A stretch of DNA of 63,029 nt, filler included, from Octopus bimaculoides (Eukaryota): the NCBI RefSeq assembly GCF_001194135.2. It is 5 parts of 5 records of this genome, joined end to end, with 100 filler letters (N's around TTAATTAATTAA, not from the genome) between each part and the next. Parts side by side here need not be neighbours in the genome. Positions count along the whole stretch, not along the records: positions 8,212 to 28,944 come from NC_069004.1; positions 29,045 to 40,581 come from NC_068992.1; 3 more parts are not named here. One strand, written 5' to 3'. The stretch's first letter is position 1. Each line of letters opens with the position of its first letter. Under the pieces are notes generated by a model. The model was not told the origin of the DNA, did no database searches, and worked only from the letters and a program-made list of their open reading frames with translations. This document shows positions 23,095-35,919 of this stretch, in pieces. Both the position numbers and the translations under genes were made by a program.

Positions 23095-25559
23095 AAATAG
23101 AAGTAGTGTGAAAATGTTTTTAAAATTTTACTTAAAAAATAGGAATAAAAGTAACAGATTTATTCCAATTAGATATTATATAAAATTCCACTTTCTTCTA
23201 TCTGATACTATATTTCATAATTTTAAATTACAATCTTTATAATTATAGTTTTTATTGTAAAACAAAACAATTCAGTTATACTTAGAGGGAAAATTTTTAT
23301 TTTGAAGAAAAGTCCACTATAAATATGCTCTGCGTCAGACATGTATTTTTAAATACTTTATTCTGGAAATAATTATCTATACTGATGAATTAGTTGGGTA
23401 AGGAATTTGTTTCGGAAAAAAAAAAACAACACAAAAGACATTCTTTTTGTACTTTATTTCTCTATCATATAAGAAAAGATTTCTAAGATGAAATTCCTTA
23501 TCAATTTGTACAGCATAACAAACTTTATCATTGCTGTACACATTATAGACATGAATTTTTTTCCCAATTAATTCTATTATGTAAGAATTAAATTATATAT
23601 TATAGAAACTATTGGAATTATCTAGATAGTATCTAATTATACTATCTTGTTTCAGTCATTGGACTGCAGCCATGCTGGGACACTGCCTTGAAGGGTTTAA
23701 TTGAACAAATTAACCTCAGTATTATTTTTTTGTAAGCCTAGTACTTACTCCATTGGTTTCTTTTGCTGAACTGCTAAGTTATGGAGTTGTAAACAAACCA
23801 TCACTGGTTGTTAAGCAGTGATGGGGGACAAACATGCGCACACTTGCGCGTGCACACACACGCACATGTATATCATGAGCTTCTTTCAGTTTCTGCCTAC
23901 CAAATCCACTCACAAAGTTTTGGTCTGCCCAGGGCTACAGTGGAAGACACTTGCCTAAGATGCCATGCAGTGGGATGTTGTTGGTAAGCAAACTTCTAAC
24001 CACACAGCCATGTGTGCAAGCAAGTACATCATGGAAAACCATTTAATAGTACTCAAAGTTACTGAATTCTTTTTAAGTTTATTTCAAGGACCAGAAAATT
24101 ATTTAATGACTTTTCTATAATATAGTTGCTTCAATTTCAACACATGATCACAAAATATCATTATTCAAAAGTATACTCTTATAAGCGTAGAATAATTTAT
24201 GCACTGAACAAATTGTTTTATAGTAATTTGATGACTTTAATAAGTGGTATATGACTTATTGTGTTGTTAAGCAACAATAATATTGCAGTTATATTTTTAA
24301 ATGGATCAGTCATGATTCACTGCAATTCCAATGAGCAGCAGTAAGGTGTGATTTGAAGAAAATTTGGCTGCTATATCTAACAAGTTGAACGATCATGGTT
24401 ACCTTTAGCAGGTTAATTGTTAATTACTATCCATATCATAGATGCATATGAGCATCTCTTATCTATAGCATCAGTGCATATATACAGGGCCAATTAGAGA
24501 ATTGTCAACAGGGCCCTCTTGCTCTACAAAACCTGTCAAATTGGCTTAACACCAGCCCTGCATGTATGTGTTGCTCACAGACAACCATAAAATCCCAGAG
24601 ATGCTTATATGTGCACTACTTGCTATGCTGTGAAATTCTCAAGCTGCTTACATGCTTCTTTTAACCATCCATATAGGATTTCATAGTTGTAAGTAAGAGA
24701 TGCTTAAATGCATCAGTGGTGTAGATAGTGTTAGAGACACTCACCAGTAAGGTCACAGTAGTTTGTTTAGCATTCAGTAAAAGAAGGAAGGGAAGTAACC
24801 ATGATCTTTTGTTTCCTCAGGGCTTCCAAGATAGATTGAGAGAAAAAAGTTAATTATTATTTATATTTTGAATTACATATAAATGGGGGCACCAAAATCT
24901 TTTAAATGTTTAGAGCCTCTATGGGTCTTAATCCAGCTTTGCTATTATCCACTGTTAATTTTTAATATTTTATTTCATATTAAATAAATTGATATAAAAT
25001 ATAAGAAAAAAAATGCTTATTATATTATTGTTTTTCTTAATAAAAGTGGAGTAGGGGAGCTGCATAACCTAAAACTATGTATCATAAGCACCCCTAATTT
25101 TAAACTTGATTTAGGCACAGGAGTAGCCATGTGATAAGTTTGCATCTCAATCACATGCTTCCGGGTTCAGTCCCACTGTGTGGTACTTTGAGCTAGTGTC
25201 TTCTGCTAAAACTCCCAAACTGACCAAAGCCTTGTGAGTGAATTTGGTAGACACAAACTGAAAGAAGCCCAATATATATATATATGTGTGTGTTTGTGCG
25301 TGTGTGTATACATGTAATGCATTCGATCAGTCAAGACAGTAAAAATAATCTTATAATAAAAGAACCTACAGCTACCCAGGATTTCCCGGTTGAAATTTTA
25401 GTTTATTCTGTCCAGGTTTTCCTGGTTGAAATTTCAATTTATTCTGCCATTTATTAAGCTGAAAACAAGACCGCTTGTCAGTTATCTTTTGAGCTGATAA
25501 CATTTAAACAAGAGATAATGGTAAAGAGGAAAAGTAGAAAAACGACGCAAGGGAGATAA

Positions 25560-26090
25560 CCAATGTTACAATAAATGTCAAACAGACGTAAACAAGACGC
25601 TGATGGTTTACTATGTCCAGGGGTCTACTTCAAACTCCCAACAAGATGTATTTCTTGAAATTCGTTCCTCAATTTTATGTATTTATCGGAGGTTCTCCTG
25701 CTTTTTAAGAGATGCAGTTTTTCAAGAGAACATACTGAGCATTTTTTGGACCTGTTCATATAAGGTCTGGGTTTGGAGAGGATTTTCCCATTTGATGTCG
25801 AAATCGGTTCCTTCGTCATTAAGTTTCCGGATTAAAGATGAAAGGGTTGTTGAATGTCTCTTATCATAGTACCTAAAATATCTGAATTCGGAATGTCTCT
25901 TATAGTACCTAAAATATCTGAATTCAGAATGTCTTTTATCATAGTACCTAAAATATCTGAATTTAAATGTTCCTTCCACAGCTCTGATATAGTGTTTGAT
26001 ATCTGTACAACCATTGTTGTAGTTCAGTGAAACCTGTGCTTTATAAGCAACAGAATGATTAGAGTAGGTGAGATACACTTTCGATTTATA
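25560..26090 (-). mobile_element. Penelope-like element GIY-YIG endonuclease remnant
   Basis: VAYKAQV...HYIRAVEGTFKFRY...HSTTLSSLIRKL...FDIKW / KILSKPRPY...KKCSVCSLEKLHLL...RNE. Confidence 0.8.
25852..25965. repeat. Tandem triplication (39+36+39 nt) inside the Penelope endonuclease remnant
   Basis: GAATGTCTCTTATCATAGTACCTAAAATATCTGAATT unit x3. Confidence 0.95.
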
Positions 26091-26149
26091 CCTTGAAGAG
26101 GTACCACTGATGCCACATTCCTAGTGAGAGAAGAAAAAGAGAAGTACTT

Positions 26150-28110
26150 AGCTAGATGTTAGCCTTAATATCTAACATTCAGAGACCTAGAGAAGGCCTT
26201 TGTCAGGGTCCCTTACTCTGTCATCTGGTGCATACTAAGGAAGTTAGGGGTAGAGGAATGGCTAGTGAGGGCTGTATAAATTGTGTACAGAGATGCAGTC
26301 AGCAAGGTGAGTGCTAACAGAGAGTACAGAGACAAATGTACAAGTAGGGATGTATTGGAGTTCAGTTCTTGGTCCTCTCCTGTTTATGATGGTCCTCCAG
26401 TCAATAATGGAGGGATTTAAGACTTGGCTATCCGGTAGAATTCCTGTATATTGATAACCATGCTCTAAGAGCCGAATCTGTGGAAAATTTAGAGAAGAAA
26501 TCTGGATTGGAAATGAAAACTGAAATTAGAGTACCTTAAACTTAGCCAAAACTAAAGTTATGCGAAGTAGAAAAGAAGCCTGTACTCTGCTATTATGAAA
26601 GTAATGGCACATGCTTGGTATGTAGAAAAGAAGTTGGTAGAAACTTCATATAGGTGAAGAGCTGGCAGAAACGTTAGCATGCCAGGTGAAATGCTTATTG
26701 ATATTTCGTCTGCCGTTATGTTCTGAGTTCAAATTCCGCCAAGGTCGACTTTGTATTTCATCCTTTTGGGGTCGATAAATTAAGTACCAGTTACGCACCG
26801 GGGTTGATGTAATCGATTTGTCCTTGTTTGTCCCCTCTATATGTTTAGCCCCTTGTGGGCAATAGAGAAATAAGAAACTTCATACAGTGTGCCCTGTGTT
26901 GGCAAAGGACATGCAAGAGACATGCTGACAGCAAAAGTAGCTTTCATATATACCAGATGCACAGCAGCAGTAAACATGAAATGTACTCAGGTGATAGATT
27001 CTGTCAACTGTTCAGAAGGCTCCTGAAAAGTAGTTTATTGTTCTGGTTGGCCTAATTAGCTGTGATAGTGGATGCTCTGAAAGGATAGCAGTCTGAGTAA
27101 GAATAAGGTGGTGAATGCTCTGAGAGCTACAACCAGTACTCACAACAAAGAATGTCTTCCTCACTGTAAAAGATAGACTGTACAATGCTTGAGTATGAAG
27201 TGTGGTGCTACAGGATAGTGGAACCTGGAACCTGAAGGCAAAGAATTTGTGAAGGTTTGAAAGAAATGAAGCAAGCCTCACTTGATGTGCAATATCAGTG
27301 TGCATCAATACTGTCATACAAATAATGTTAGAAAAAAGCTTGGATCTTTTTTAAAACGGGGGCCACATTTTTCATTAATGTTTTACATAGTGTTTTTGGT
27401 ACCGAAAGACTTTCAAACTTCGTATACTTATCTATTTTGTGTTATAGAACAGAAAAATATTTTTGTATTCGAATTTATTTCATGTAAAATATTGTCTTAT
27501 TTCGATAATTTCAACCAATCACTGACAAGTATTCAGTTGTTTATATTTACTCCTTTGGCTGATTAAGCCATAGCTTCGTTTTATTTGCTTTTTTCATTTT
27601 CTTTTTTTCTTCTTCGTTTTATTTGCTTTTTTCTTTTTAAATTTGCTGTTTTACCCTAACCCTAACTCTAACCCTATCACCGATAGAATTGTTTCAGAAT
27701 CGTTTGTTTATGTAGTCGGCACTTAATGTATATCGGCTGAATGGACGTCAGTGATTGGTTGAAATTACAGAAATACGACAACTTTAACATGGAATAACTT
27801 AGGGATTTCTTTTTTTTCTAAGAAGACTAAGAGAAAAAGATGTTTTATATGATACATTCTACCGGTGTTCCAAGTTTCAAAGTGTTTCGTTAATGAAAAA
27901 TGTGGCCCCCCGTTTTAAAAAAGATCCAAAAGCTTATATCTGAAAAGAATCAGATGTAATATACAAGAAAGAATACTGCATTGGTATGGGCATGTGATGC
28001 TTATAGATGTCAGCAGATGCATAAAAAAAGTGCTGAGTGCTCAAAGAGGGTGGTGTCTGTAGAAGAGGTAGACCTAGAATTACATAGGATGAAGTGGTGA
28101 AAACTGGAGG
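26150..28110 (+). mobile_element. RTE LINE reverse-transcriptase remnant interrupted by a SINE (26653-26876) and the GGATC MITE (27342-27927)
   Basis: DLEKAF-x-RVP...LRKLGVEEWLVRAV, then after the MITE IQER-x-LHWYGHV...RRGRPRIT. Confidence 0.8.
27342..27927. mobile_element. Non-autonomous DNA transposon (foldback MITE), GGATC termini, 8-bp TSD AAAAGCTT, telomere-like repeats inside
   Basis: About 37-bp TIRs (GGATCTTTTTTAAAACGGGGGCCACATTTTTCATTAA); identical flanking 8-mers at 27334-27341 and 27928-27935; internal inverted repeat AATTTCAACCAATCACTGAC; CCCTAA repeats about 27654-27676; inserted in an RTE LINE. Confidence 0.9.
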
Positions 28111-28533
28111 AAATCCATTGTCTCGGGCAACTATGACAGAGCAAAACTTAAGAAGTTGTTGGCTGGCTGTGTTGTTCTCTCTGCATGATGCCCCCCCACT
28201 ACTCCTGCTCATGACCAGAGATGCAGATATTGTCAGTCACTAAGTGGTTAAAGTCAAGCAACTGACGAGCAAATCTCAGGTATTGAGCAGAATATTTGCA
28301 ATAACGATATTTCTGCTTCAGCAACTCAACACTGATTCTAATTGAAATGTAATGGAATATATGTCAGTTTAAAAACATCAGTGTCTGGGTCACAAAACAA
28401 AGTTTGAAGGGAATAGTAGTCATTTCCTTTGATTTCTAGATAAAAGCAAATAAGAAATAACACTGACCAAAGACAGAAAGAAAAATATGTATAAATTTTG
28501 TTATACATTGTAATATACGCAAATGAGTGAGAG

Positions 28534-28578
<45 letters not shown>

Positions 28579-28944
28579 TGAATGCTACAAAGCCCAAACT
28601 TTGAACTTTAGCCTTTTCTTTGTAAAAACACTGTGTGTGTGTGTGTGTGTGCACATGAATGCACAAATATATATAAATATATATATACATGCAGATAAGA
28701 AGGGATGACCACTAAGTGGACATCCCTTCTTATACGCGTGTAATATAATTTTTCTGAATTTTCAGATTTTTTATATGCTAGGCCACTGGTTTTAAATTGA
28801 TGTTAATTAAATTAATATTCAATTTATCACCCTCAGTATATAAATATTAATTATATATATATATGTACACTATGTATAAACATAGCATATTGACTTTATA
28901 TATAGACATGTACACATCACATACCCATTGCGCAAGCATACAAA

Positions 28945-29044
28945 NNNNNNNNNNNNNNNNNNNNNNNNNNNNNNNNNNNNNNNNNNNNTTAATTAATTAA
29001 NNNNNNNNNNNNNNNNNNNNNNNNNNNNNNNNNNNNNNNNNNNN
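28945..29044. other. Artificial scaffold spacer
   Basis: N44-TTAATTAATTAA-N44. Confidence 0.95.
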
Positions 29045-29045
29045 A

Positions 29046-29290
29046 GTGCAGGGGGTTCTACTGAAAGGGTATGTTCTACTGATAAGGGATTTAATAGGGT
29101 TGCCTGGCCTTTCAACCACCTTAATTCATAGCTTAAGTTTGTCTAGGGCCCTTCTAAAGCGGTACGCCAGTTCGCCTCTAGGGGTGGTGTCGACGAACAT
29201 GACGCTCTGGTACTTGTGGCTATCGTACCATGAGCTTGCCTTCCGTATTTTCTTCTTAGTCCTTTCTATGGTGTTCCATGATTTGCTCCT
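29046..29290 (-). mobile_element. Penelope-like element RT-endonuclease linker remnant
   Basis: SSWYDSHKYQSVMFVDTTPRGELAYRFRRAL...IKVVERPGNPIKSLISRTYPF pattern. Confidence 0.65.
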
Positions 29291-29549
29291 ATATATATAT
29301 ATATATATATATATGCTCGCTTCGAATCGAACCCAAGATAGGCGGATACCAATATTTCGCCGAGGTGTATTTTCTCGCCTGGTCTATGACGTTCGGGTGT
29401 TTTAACACAGACCGTCATTAGGGAGTCTCCCTAAATGCTATCCCGCATCAAAATTCGGTGAATAAGCAAAACACATGTATTGTGTATGCGCGATCGATAA
29501 TGTCTACATTACCAGAGCTGCTTTTCATTTGTAATTTACTCTGTGTGTT

Positions 29550-29595
<46 letters not shown>

Positions 29596-29613
29596 AGATA
29601 AAGAAAGAGAGAG

Positions 29614-29649
<36 letters not shown>

Positions 29650-31999
29650 TGTGTGTATGATTTTGTGTTTGCGTGTGTGTGTGTGTATGTATATAGTATA
29701 TGTATATTAATACATGCGTGTGTTCATACACGCCTATATATATGGCTGTCCATTTCTAGTGAGGTTGTGTTCTTATCTGCTTTACTGTCAAGTACCCCAT
29801 TTTTCTGAATATCAATATTTAGAAAGATGTGTGTTCTCAGATACATTAAGCTCGCTTTCTTTTTGCATTGAAAAGTTAGCAAAGATACAGTTTATGCCTT
29901 CTTTATTACACCCTATGTTTATCAGCGTTATTAATTTTGTATGTACTTCTTATAATACATTCATTGAAACTGCCATTAAAAGAAACTAAAGACGGCAGGG
30001 TCTAAATATTTTCTGCAGAAGAAACTATGATTGTTTAACTATGAATATTTTGAAGCTTCAGTCCTGAAGATAAATATACGTCAGTTGATGTTAGAGATAT
30101 CAGTAATTATAAAATGTCTTTAAGTATAATAAAACGTGAGTATTAAAATTACTATTCTAACAATAACAAGATAAAAGAAGACGATCAAAGAGCTTTCTTC
30201 TCTTTGATCGAAAGTACATTGTGCAGGGTTTAAAAAGAATGCACGCTATTCGATTTTAATAAGATGAAATCTTATATAACAACCTTAATAGAATGAACTA
30301 ATGAAATTGAAAATTCCATTGTCACTAAAATTAAAGGGTAGAAACACAATAATAGCAGTGAGACAAAAATATGGTTATTCGACGTGAAAGAATGCAGCTT
30401 ATACATTGAACCTAAGCATATTGAATCAGTTTTCTATACAAACTTATAAGATTCTGGTAGCGAGAAATAATAATGGTTTATAGTTTGAACATTCGAGACC
30501 ACTTACTAAATTATGTATCTTTGTTATCAGAAAGTGTTCTCGATGTCAATTTCTTTAATGTAAATTATGTCAAATAGACTGTCCTTAACAAAACACTTTT
30601 ATCGATTACAACCCTACTTCTAATATATCATCTATTATTGTATTCTGGTGGTTATGAAGATTTAAGGGAGTTAAATATGTATCAGATTTACAACTCATAA
30701 AACTCATGAAATGTGTGTGTTTTTCGTTTGTCCTTTTACTGAAAATATTCATTGTCTTAACAGTAATTTATTGATTGATGGCAATTCTGCTAAGTTTTTG
30801 TTCTTATGAATAAAATATATGGTATATATCTGCCGGAAACTACAGCTAGTCTGGGTCATAATTAATGAATATAAACAGCTCAGATTTCAAATACATTGGT
30901 GTAATATGACGACGCTGAAAGAGTTAACATTAAGCGGGAAGAAACGATTTGGCAAAGATATTTACTTATTGTCGCAATTAGATGCATATAATGGGACAAG
31001 GAGCGGGGAAGGGAGTAAAACGTAGTAAAGAACATGTGAGAACATCCCAATGTGAAAAGTAATTCAACATTCTACTGCTTTTGTTCAAGCATGTCTGAAG
31101 AACAATATAATTCGAATCATTTTCCAGTATTGGTAAAATCTGCTCTCTTATAATAACAGAAATTCGGTGTTAATTACACTTCCACTTATGATGTATACAT
31201 GGCATCACAGTGAATTAAATTATTCTTATAATTAGCTGCCTAATAAAAAAAAATTGAGTGCAGTACTAGAAATAATTCATTGATGTAACGACTCTAAGCT
31301 GCTCATTTCGACATTGAAATTTCCATATAATTATCCAGAAGCTACTGAGCCAACAATACAAGGGGAGAAACCTGAGAAAAAGTGAGAATGCCCTTTGTTC
31401 AGAAAATTGTAATGAAAGATTATTGAGTGTTATTGTATTGTTTTTATTATAACTTTAATTATAATGACAATAATTAGTGACAAATTTAATTACAATACAT
31501 GATATAAACTTGGGTGAAAATCAACATCTTAATATATGGAAAGATAAACAGACAAAAACTGATATCAGTGCAAAGAGTAAATTAACAGGTAAAACTACAG
31601 AAAAATGCTCCTTTATGCTATGAAGTTTGCGATATAATAAAATGGAAGCTACGGAACTGAGGATACAAAGTCAAAATTAAAAATCAGAAAATAGCAAACT
31701 TCACTCTGCTACTTGAAGTAGATTAGAATACGACGCAACTGCCACGCGTAAGGAAGATAAATGTATTGATGAATTATTATAAAACAAAGGTCTGTTATAT
31801 AAAACTTCTCAGTTATTGTAGAAAACATGAATGCTCTAGCACTTTGCAAAAATTAAGGACGATATATGTTCGCTAATTTATTTTCATATATGTTTAATGA
31901 GCAGTAATGTTGATACGTTGTCATTGACATGATTAGTGAAAAAAATTCAGCACATCTTGATGAAGAACCCAGGCCTTAGATGAGTCGCAGTTGCAAATG

Positions 32000-32900
32000 G
32001 ACAATAGAAATGAGTCTGAAAGACTGATAAAGGTTGTGAATCACTGATTCAGAAAATATGAAGTAGCATGTGAGAAGTGAGAACTGAAAACTTTCAGAGG
32101 AAAATCGAGCGGATTTTGGAGGAAACATAGAAATTCACTCCGAGTATTTCGTTGTCTACAAAGCGATAAGACATCATCTAGAAAGACACGCTGAGAACTA
32201 TAGACTGAAAACGATGCTGTGGGCTCCAGAAGAGAGAGTAAGTCTAAAGAGATGCAGTAAAAAGATGGCATTACATAAATCTACATGACTGACAAGATGG
32301 AGGTGGAAGAAATCTGTGAAACAATTTACACGAAAGTTTTTAAATTATCATGAACGCCTGATGCTCTACCATCACATGATTTGGAAGAGGTCTCATTTAT
32401 TTTGCTTAATGAAGTTGAGCATCCTTTAAAGCCGATGAAGAGAGATAAACTCCCAGGGAAAGATGGCATGCTAATAGAAATATTAGTGGGGTAGAGGGGG
32501 TAGAGAAGAAAAGCGGTGGAGAACCATCGCTATCCGTTGTAATTGATATTTAAATGAGTTAAAAGTATCTTTAACACGGATGAAGTTGAAGGTTATTTTG
32601 TTTTATGATAAATGACGATGAGGAAGATCTGCGAAGCTACCATATCAGATAGATTTTGTGTCACTTCTAGAAGCAAGTGAAAAAGGCGATTTTACGACTA
32701 GGAATTCAAATGGTCAAACAATCGAATGCTCATCGTCGACATCGATGGAGATTCCACAATCGGTTTGCTTTACATCTGTTTAATGTATTGCTCTATTGCT
32801 AACTTTCAACCCCTATAATAATAACTCTTTTGAAGAAACTTGGTAAAAGTAACTCATTGGTGAAGATAAAGTCTATGTTATTGACAAATACATGCAGGAA
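32000..32900 (+). mobile_element. Highly decayed LINE RT remnant
   Basis: ILLNEVEHPLKPMKRDKLPGKDGMLIEIL (RT domain-0 motif) at about 32400-32490. Confidence 0.55.
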
Positions 32901-33748
32901 CATGACATCAATATATCTACTGATGTAGAATGTTTGATGGTTGGAAACATGACGTGTGCAGGAATCTAAATCTTAACTTCTCTCACATTACCATGCAGCG
33001 TAGCCTCTCGTTCTTTGTAAAATAAAGTAAATATACACATACACATGCAAATATATATTATCAAGTTGATCAAAACTTAAATTTCATTACTTTCTCATCT
33101 GCATCATATACTTCATAGACTAACTACATTCATGTAAATTCATGAGGACTGACCAATCGATATAATCTTTATCTTTCAATTGCATATGTTACATAATTTT
33201 CTAGAGAAAGTCAATCTCCATAATAAAGTAGTAGAACCGTTCAATTTAGAAAATTCCAAGCAGAAGTAAATTTTAACAGTATAAACAGACTTTTGAATTG
33301 CACCAATACTACTGAACAATTTTCGAAATAGAATTCCGTTCCTTGCTGCTACAAACTGACAACTATATTTATTTCATTAACAAAAACAGTATAATGCTGT
33401 ATCTGTTGCGAAACAATATAGCAAGTCGTTTTCTTCTTGACTACCATTGCAGATGGTCGTAGCGTTAAATGTATTAATATAGATAAAATAACAACTAAAG
33501 CCCCAAAATATGTATAACCATTGCCGGTTTATAACACGTTAATGTCTCTCTCATTTTTAGATAGTTCTGCTATATTTCCATATGGAATCTAAAATTGAAG
33601 CTTGAGATTACAGCGTATAATAACATAAAGATTTATATATGAGGTAGGAACAATCTGATATGTTTATAAACTATGAGAAAATCAAACTAAACACCAACTC
33701 AAACAAAGTATAGCATTCTTAGATTTATATACTTTAGCTTTACTATTC

Positions 33749-33959
33749 CGAGAAGTGCTGAAAGGTCCATGGGTTTAAGGTATCACGAAAGGCCTGGTTG
33801 GTAGCCCAAAAGTGCGAGTGCTTTTACAGGGCTTAGAAAAGTTGAAGGACTACTGCAATAAGTGCGTGAATCTGAGAGGGAAATATGCTGGACAACAGCG
33901 CAATTAACTATATTTGTATTTTCTTTTACCCAAAGCGAGGAACTTTTCAACACCCCTCA
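33749..33959 (+). mobile_element. Short internally deleted mariner element
   Basis: Imperfect TIRs (cgagaagtgctgaaagg / aacttttcaacacccctc); remnant of the transposase C-terminus (GLEKLKDYCNKCVNLRG). Confidence 0.6.
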
Positions 33960-35254
33960 CAATTAATAGAGGTATTAATCAATAACTGAAATATATTAAC
34001 TCGAATTTTCATTTGCTCATATTATTTTTACCTTGGCTGAGCACTTTCTGTATCAATGAATATCGCAAATGGACAACATAGTGACACTTTAATTTATACT
34101 AAGCTCAAACAGTTATGGGTTCATACATTTTATTTTATAAAAATACATTGGTTGCTTATATTTACCATGCATCTCTTCGAATGAATATTTTAGATTATAC
34201 ATCGACTATCTTTCTTGGTGACAAGTTTTATCTAAAAGTTGTTCGTATAAGTTGAGCTGGTTTATTAGTATTTTGTCCTTTAAAAAAATTATTTATGTTA
34301 TATTTTGAATTGGCTTTATGGTCCATCCCATAGTTTTTACGTAACCATTATTTTCTACCACACGTCACTGTAACCGCTCATCACTGAAATGTCTAATGAT
34401 ATGAGGTGGTAGTTGATTTTGCATCATTACCACTGCAATTTCCTCGACGATAATTTCAACGTCGTTCTCATTCTATGTTTCAGCAAATTAGTTTCAGTGG
34501 ATCCATTCCTTTGCAGAATATTGGATACCAATGTTTATATTTTCATCTAAATCTGAAAATTCTGTATTGTTGATATTTTAAAACTCTCATATTTGTGATT
34601 TTAGATTTTCGAAGTGATTTTACCAGCTATAAAGGTGGAATTAAATTCGGTGCTAAATGCTTATAAATTCACACTTAAAATAGTGTTTCAGGTTTGTAAA
34701 GAACCAACCTGAAGGATGTACAATTGATGATATATCACGTCTCTAAGATGAATATTAACTGCTTAAGACAGTGGAATGTCTAATAAAATGCATCTCAATT
34801 TAATCATAGCATACGTGGATGCGTATATTTATGGCCCAGAATATAACAATAAGGCTCCAAATATTTCATTTGTTAAATGTGGTGTGTAAGTGACTATACG
34901 TCCTAAAAGACTCAAACGGAATATTGATATTAATAGCTAGAGTTAAAATTTTGGCAGGGCGGGTGTTAATGTCTATATTGTGTGAACCGAAACTGCTTAT
35001 AGACAGAGTCCACCACGATAGATATGTACTCAGAAAATTTAAAAAAACTAAAAACTTAACGGGTTATTTTGTCTAGAATTCTAACACTTCTACCGACTTA
35101 TAAACTTCCTTTTGTCGAAGGATTAATATAATTGATAATTCAAAACATATGACAACATGCAATTACATTAAAAGTCGAGTTTCTCAAATATACGGATTCG
35201 AACGAGATCAGGCGCATGTTTCGACTCTTCATAGAAATAAGTTCATCATAATTA

Positions 35255-35919
35255 CAAGGGTAAGTCAAAAATTATCCACTCTTTTGCCACAAAATACCTT
35301 TATTATTTCATAGTGCCTTCTGCGCATGCGTGCTTATAGTTGGTACTATTGTGGTCACGTGATCGAAGTTTGAACCTCATCGCGCTAATTTCTTTCTGGC
35401 TTTACAGTGTAAGGATGCCGCTCCACTAACAATGTGCACCAAAGAAGAACAAAGAGGATTGATCCGAGAGTTGGTAATAGTGAACCAGTTCACCAATGCC
35501 ATCTCTTGAGCTTGCTGAATCTTCTCGTCAATGGTGGAAATTGACGGGTGACCTGCTCCTTCTTTGTGTGTCACGCTTGTCCGGCCACTTTTAAACTTCT
35601 CGATCTACTGATACACACTTCTACATGGTAGTGTACTGTCCCCGTATTGTGCTAAAAGCCTTTGATGAATTTCAGCACCTGACACACCTTTCGACCAGAG
35701 AAATCGGATCCCTACTTTTCGTTCTACTTTGGTACACATTGCTAGTGGAGCGGCCATACTTCCACTGTATTGCAAGGAAGAAAAATGGCACGATGAGGCT
35801 CAAACTCCGATCACGTGATCACAACAGTACCAACTATAATCACGCACACGCAGAAGGCAGTGTGACAATAATAAAGATACGTAATGGCGAAAGCGCAGAT
35901 AATTTTTGACTTCCACTCG
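35255..35919. mobile_element. Mariner-derived MITE made of two inverted 5' ends
   Basis: TA TSD on both sides; about 210-bp inverted arms. Minus strand from ATG 35757 encodes the transposase HTH N-terminus (MAAPLAMCTKVERKVGIRFLWSKGVSGAEIHQRL..., one stop); the plus arm carries the same start up to about 35467. Confidence 0.85.

Noticed and set aside
30844-30914. Strong minus-strand acceptor/donor pair
   Set aside because: Stop codons in all three frames and no partner exons; it could only be non-coding, which is unverifiable here.
35200-35252. Minus-strand AUGAUGA...GAAACAUGCG hammerhead-like remnant
   Set aside because: C3 and U16.1 are mutated and stem I is disrupted by the mariner MITE.
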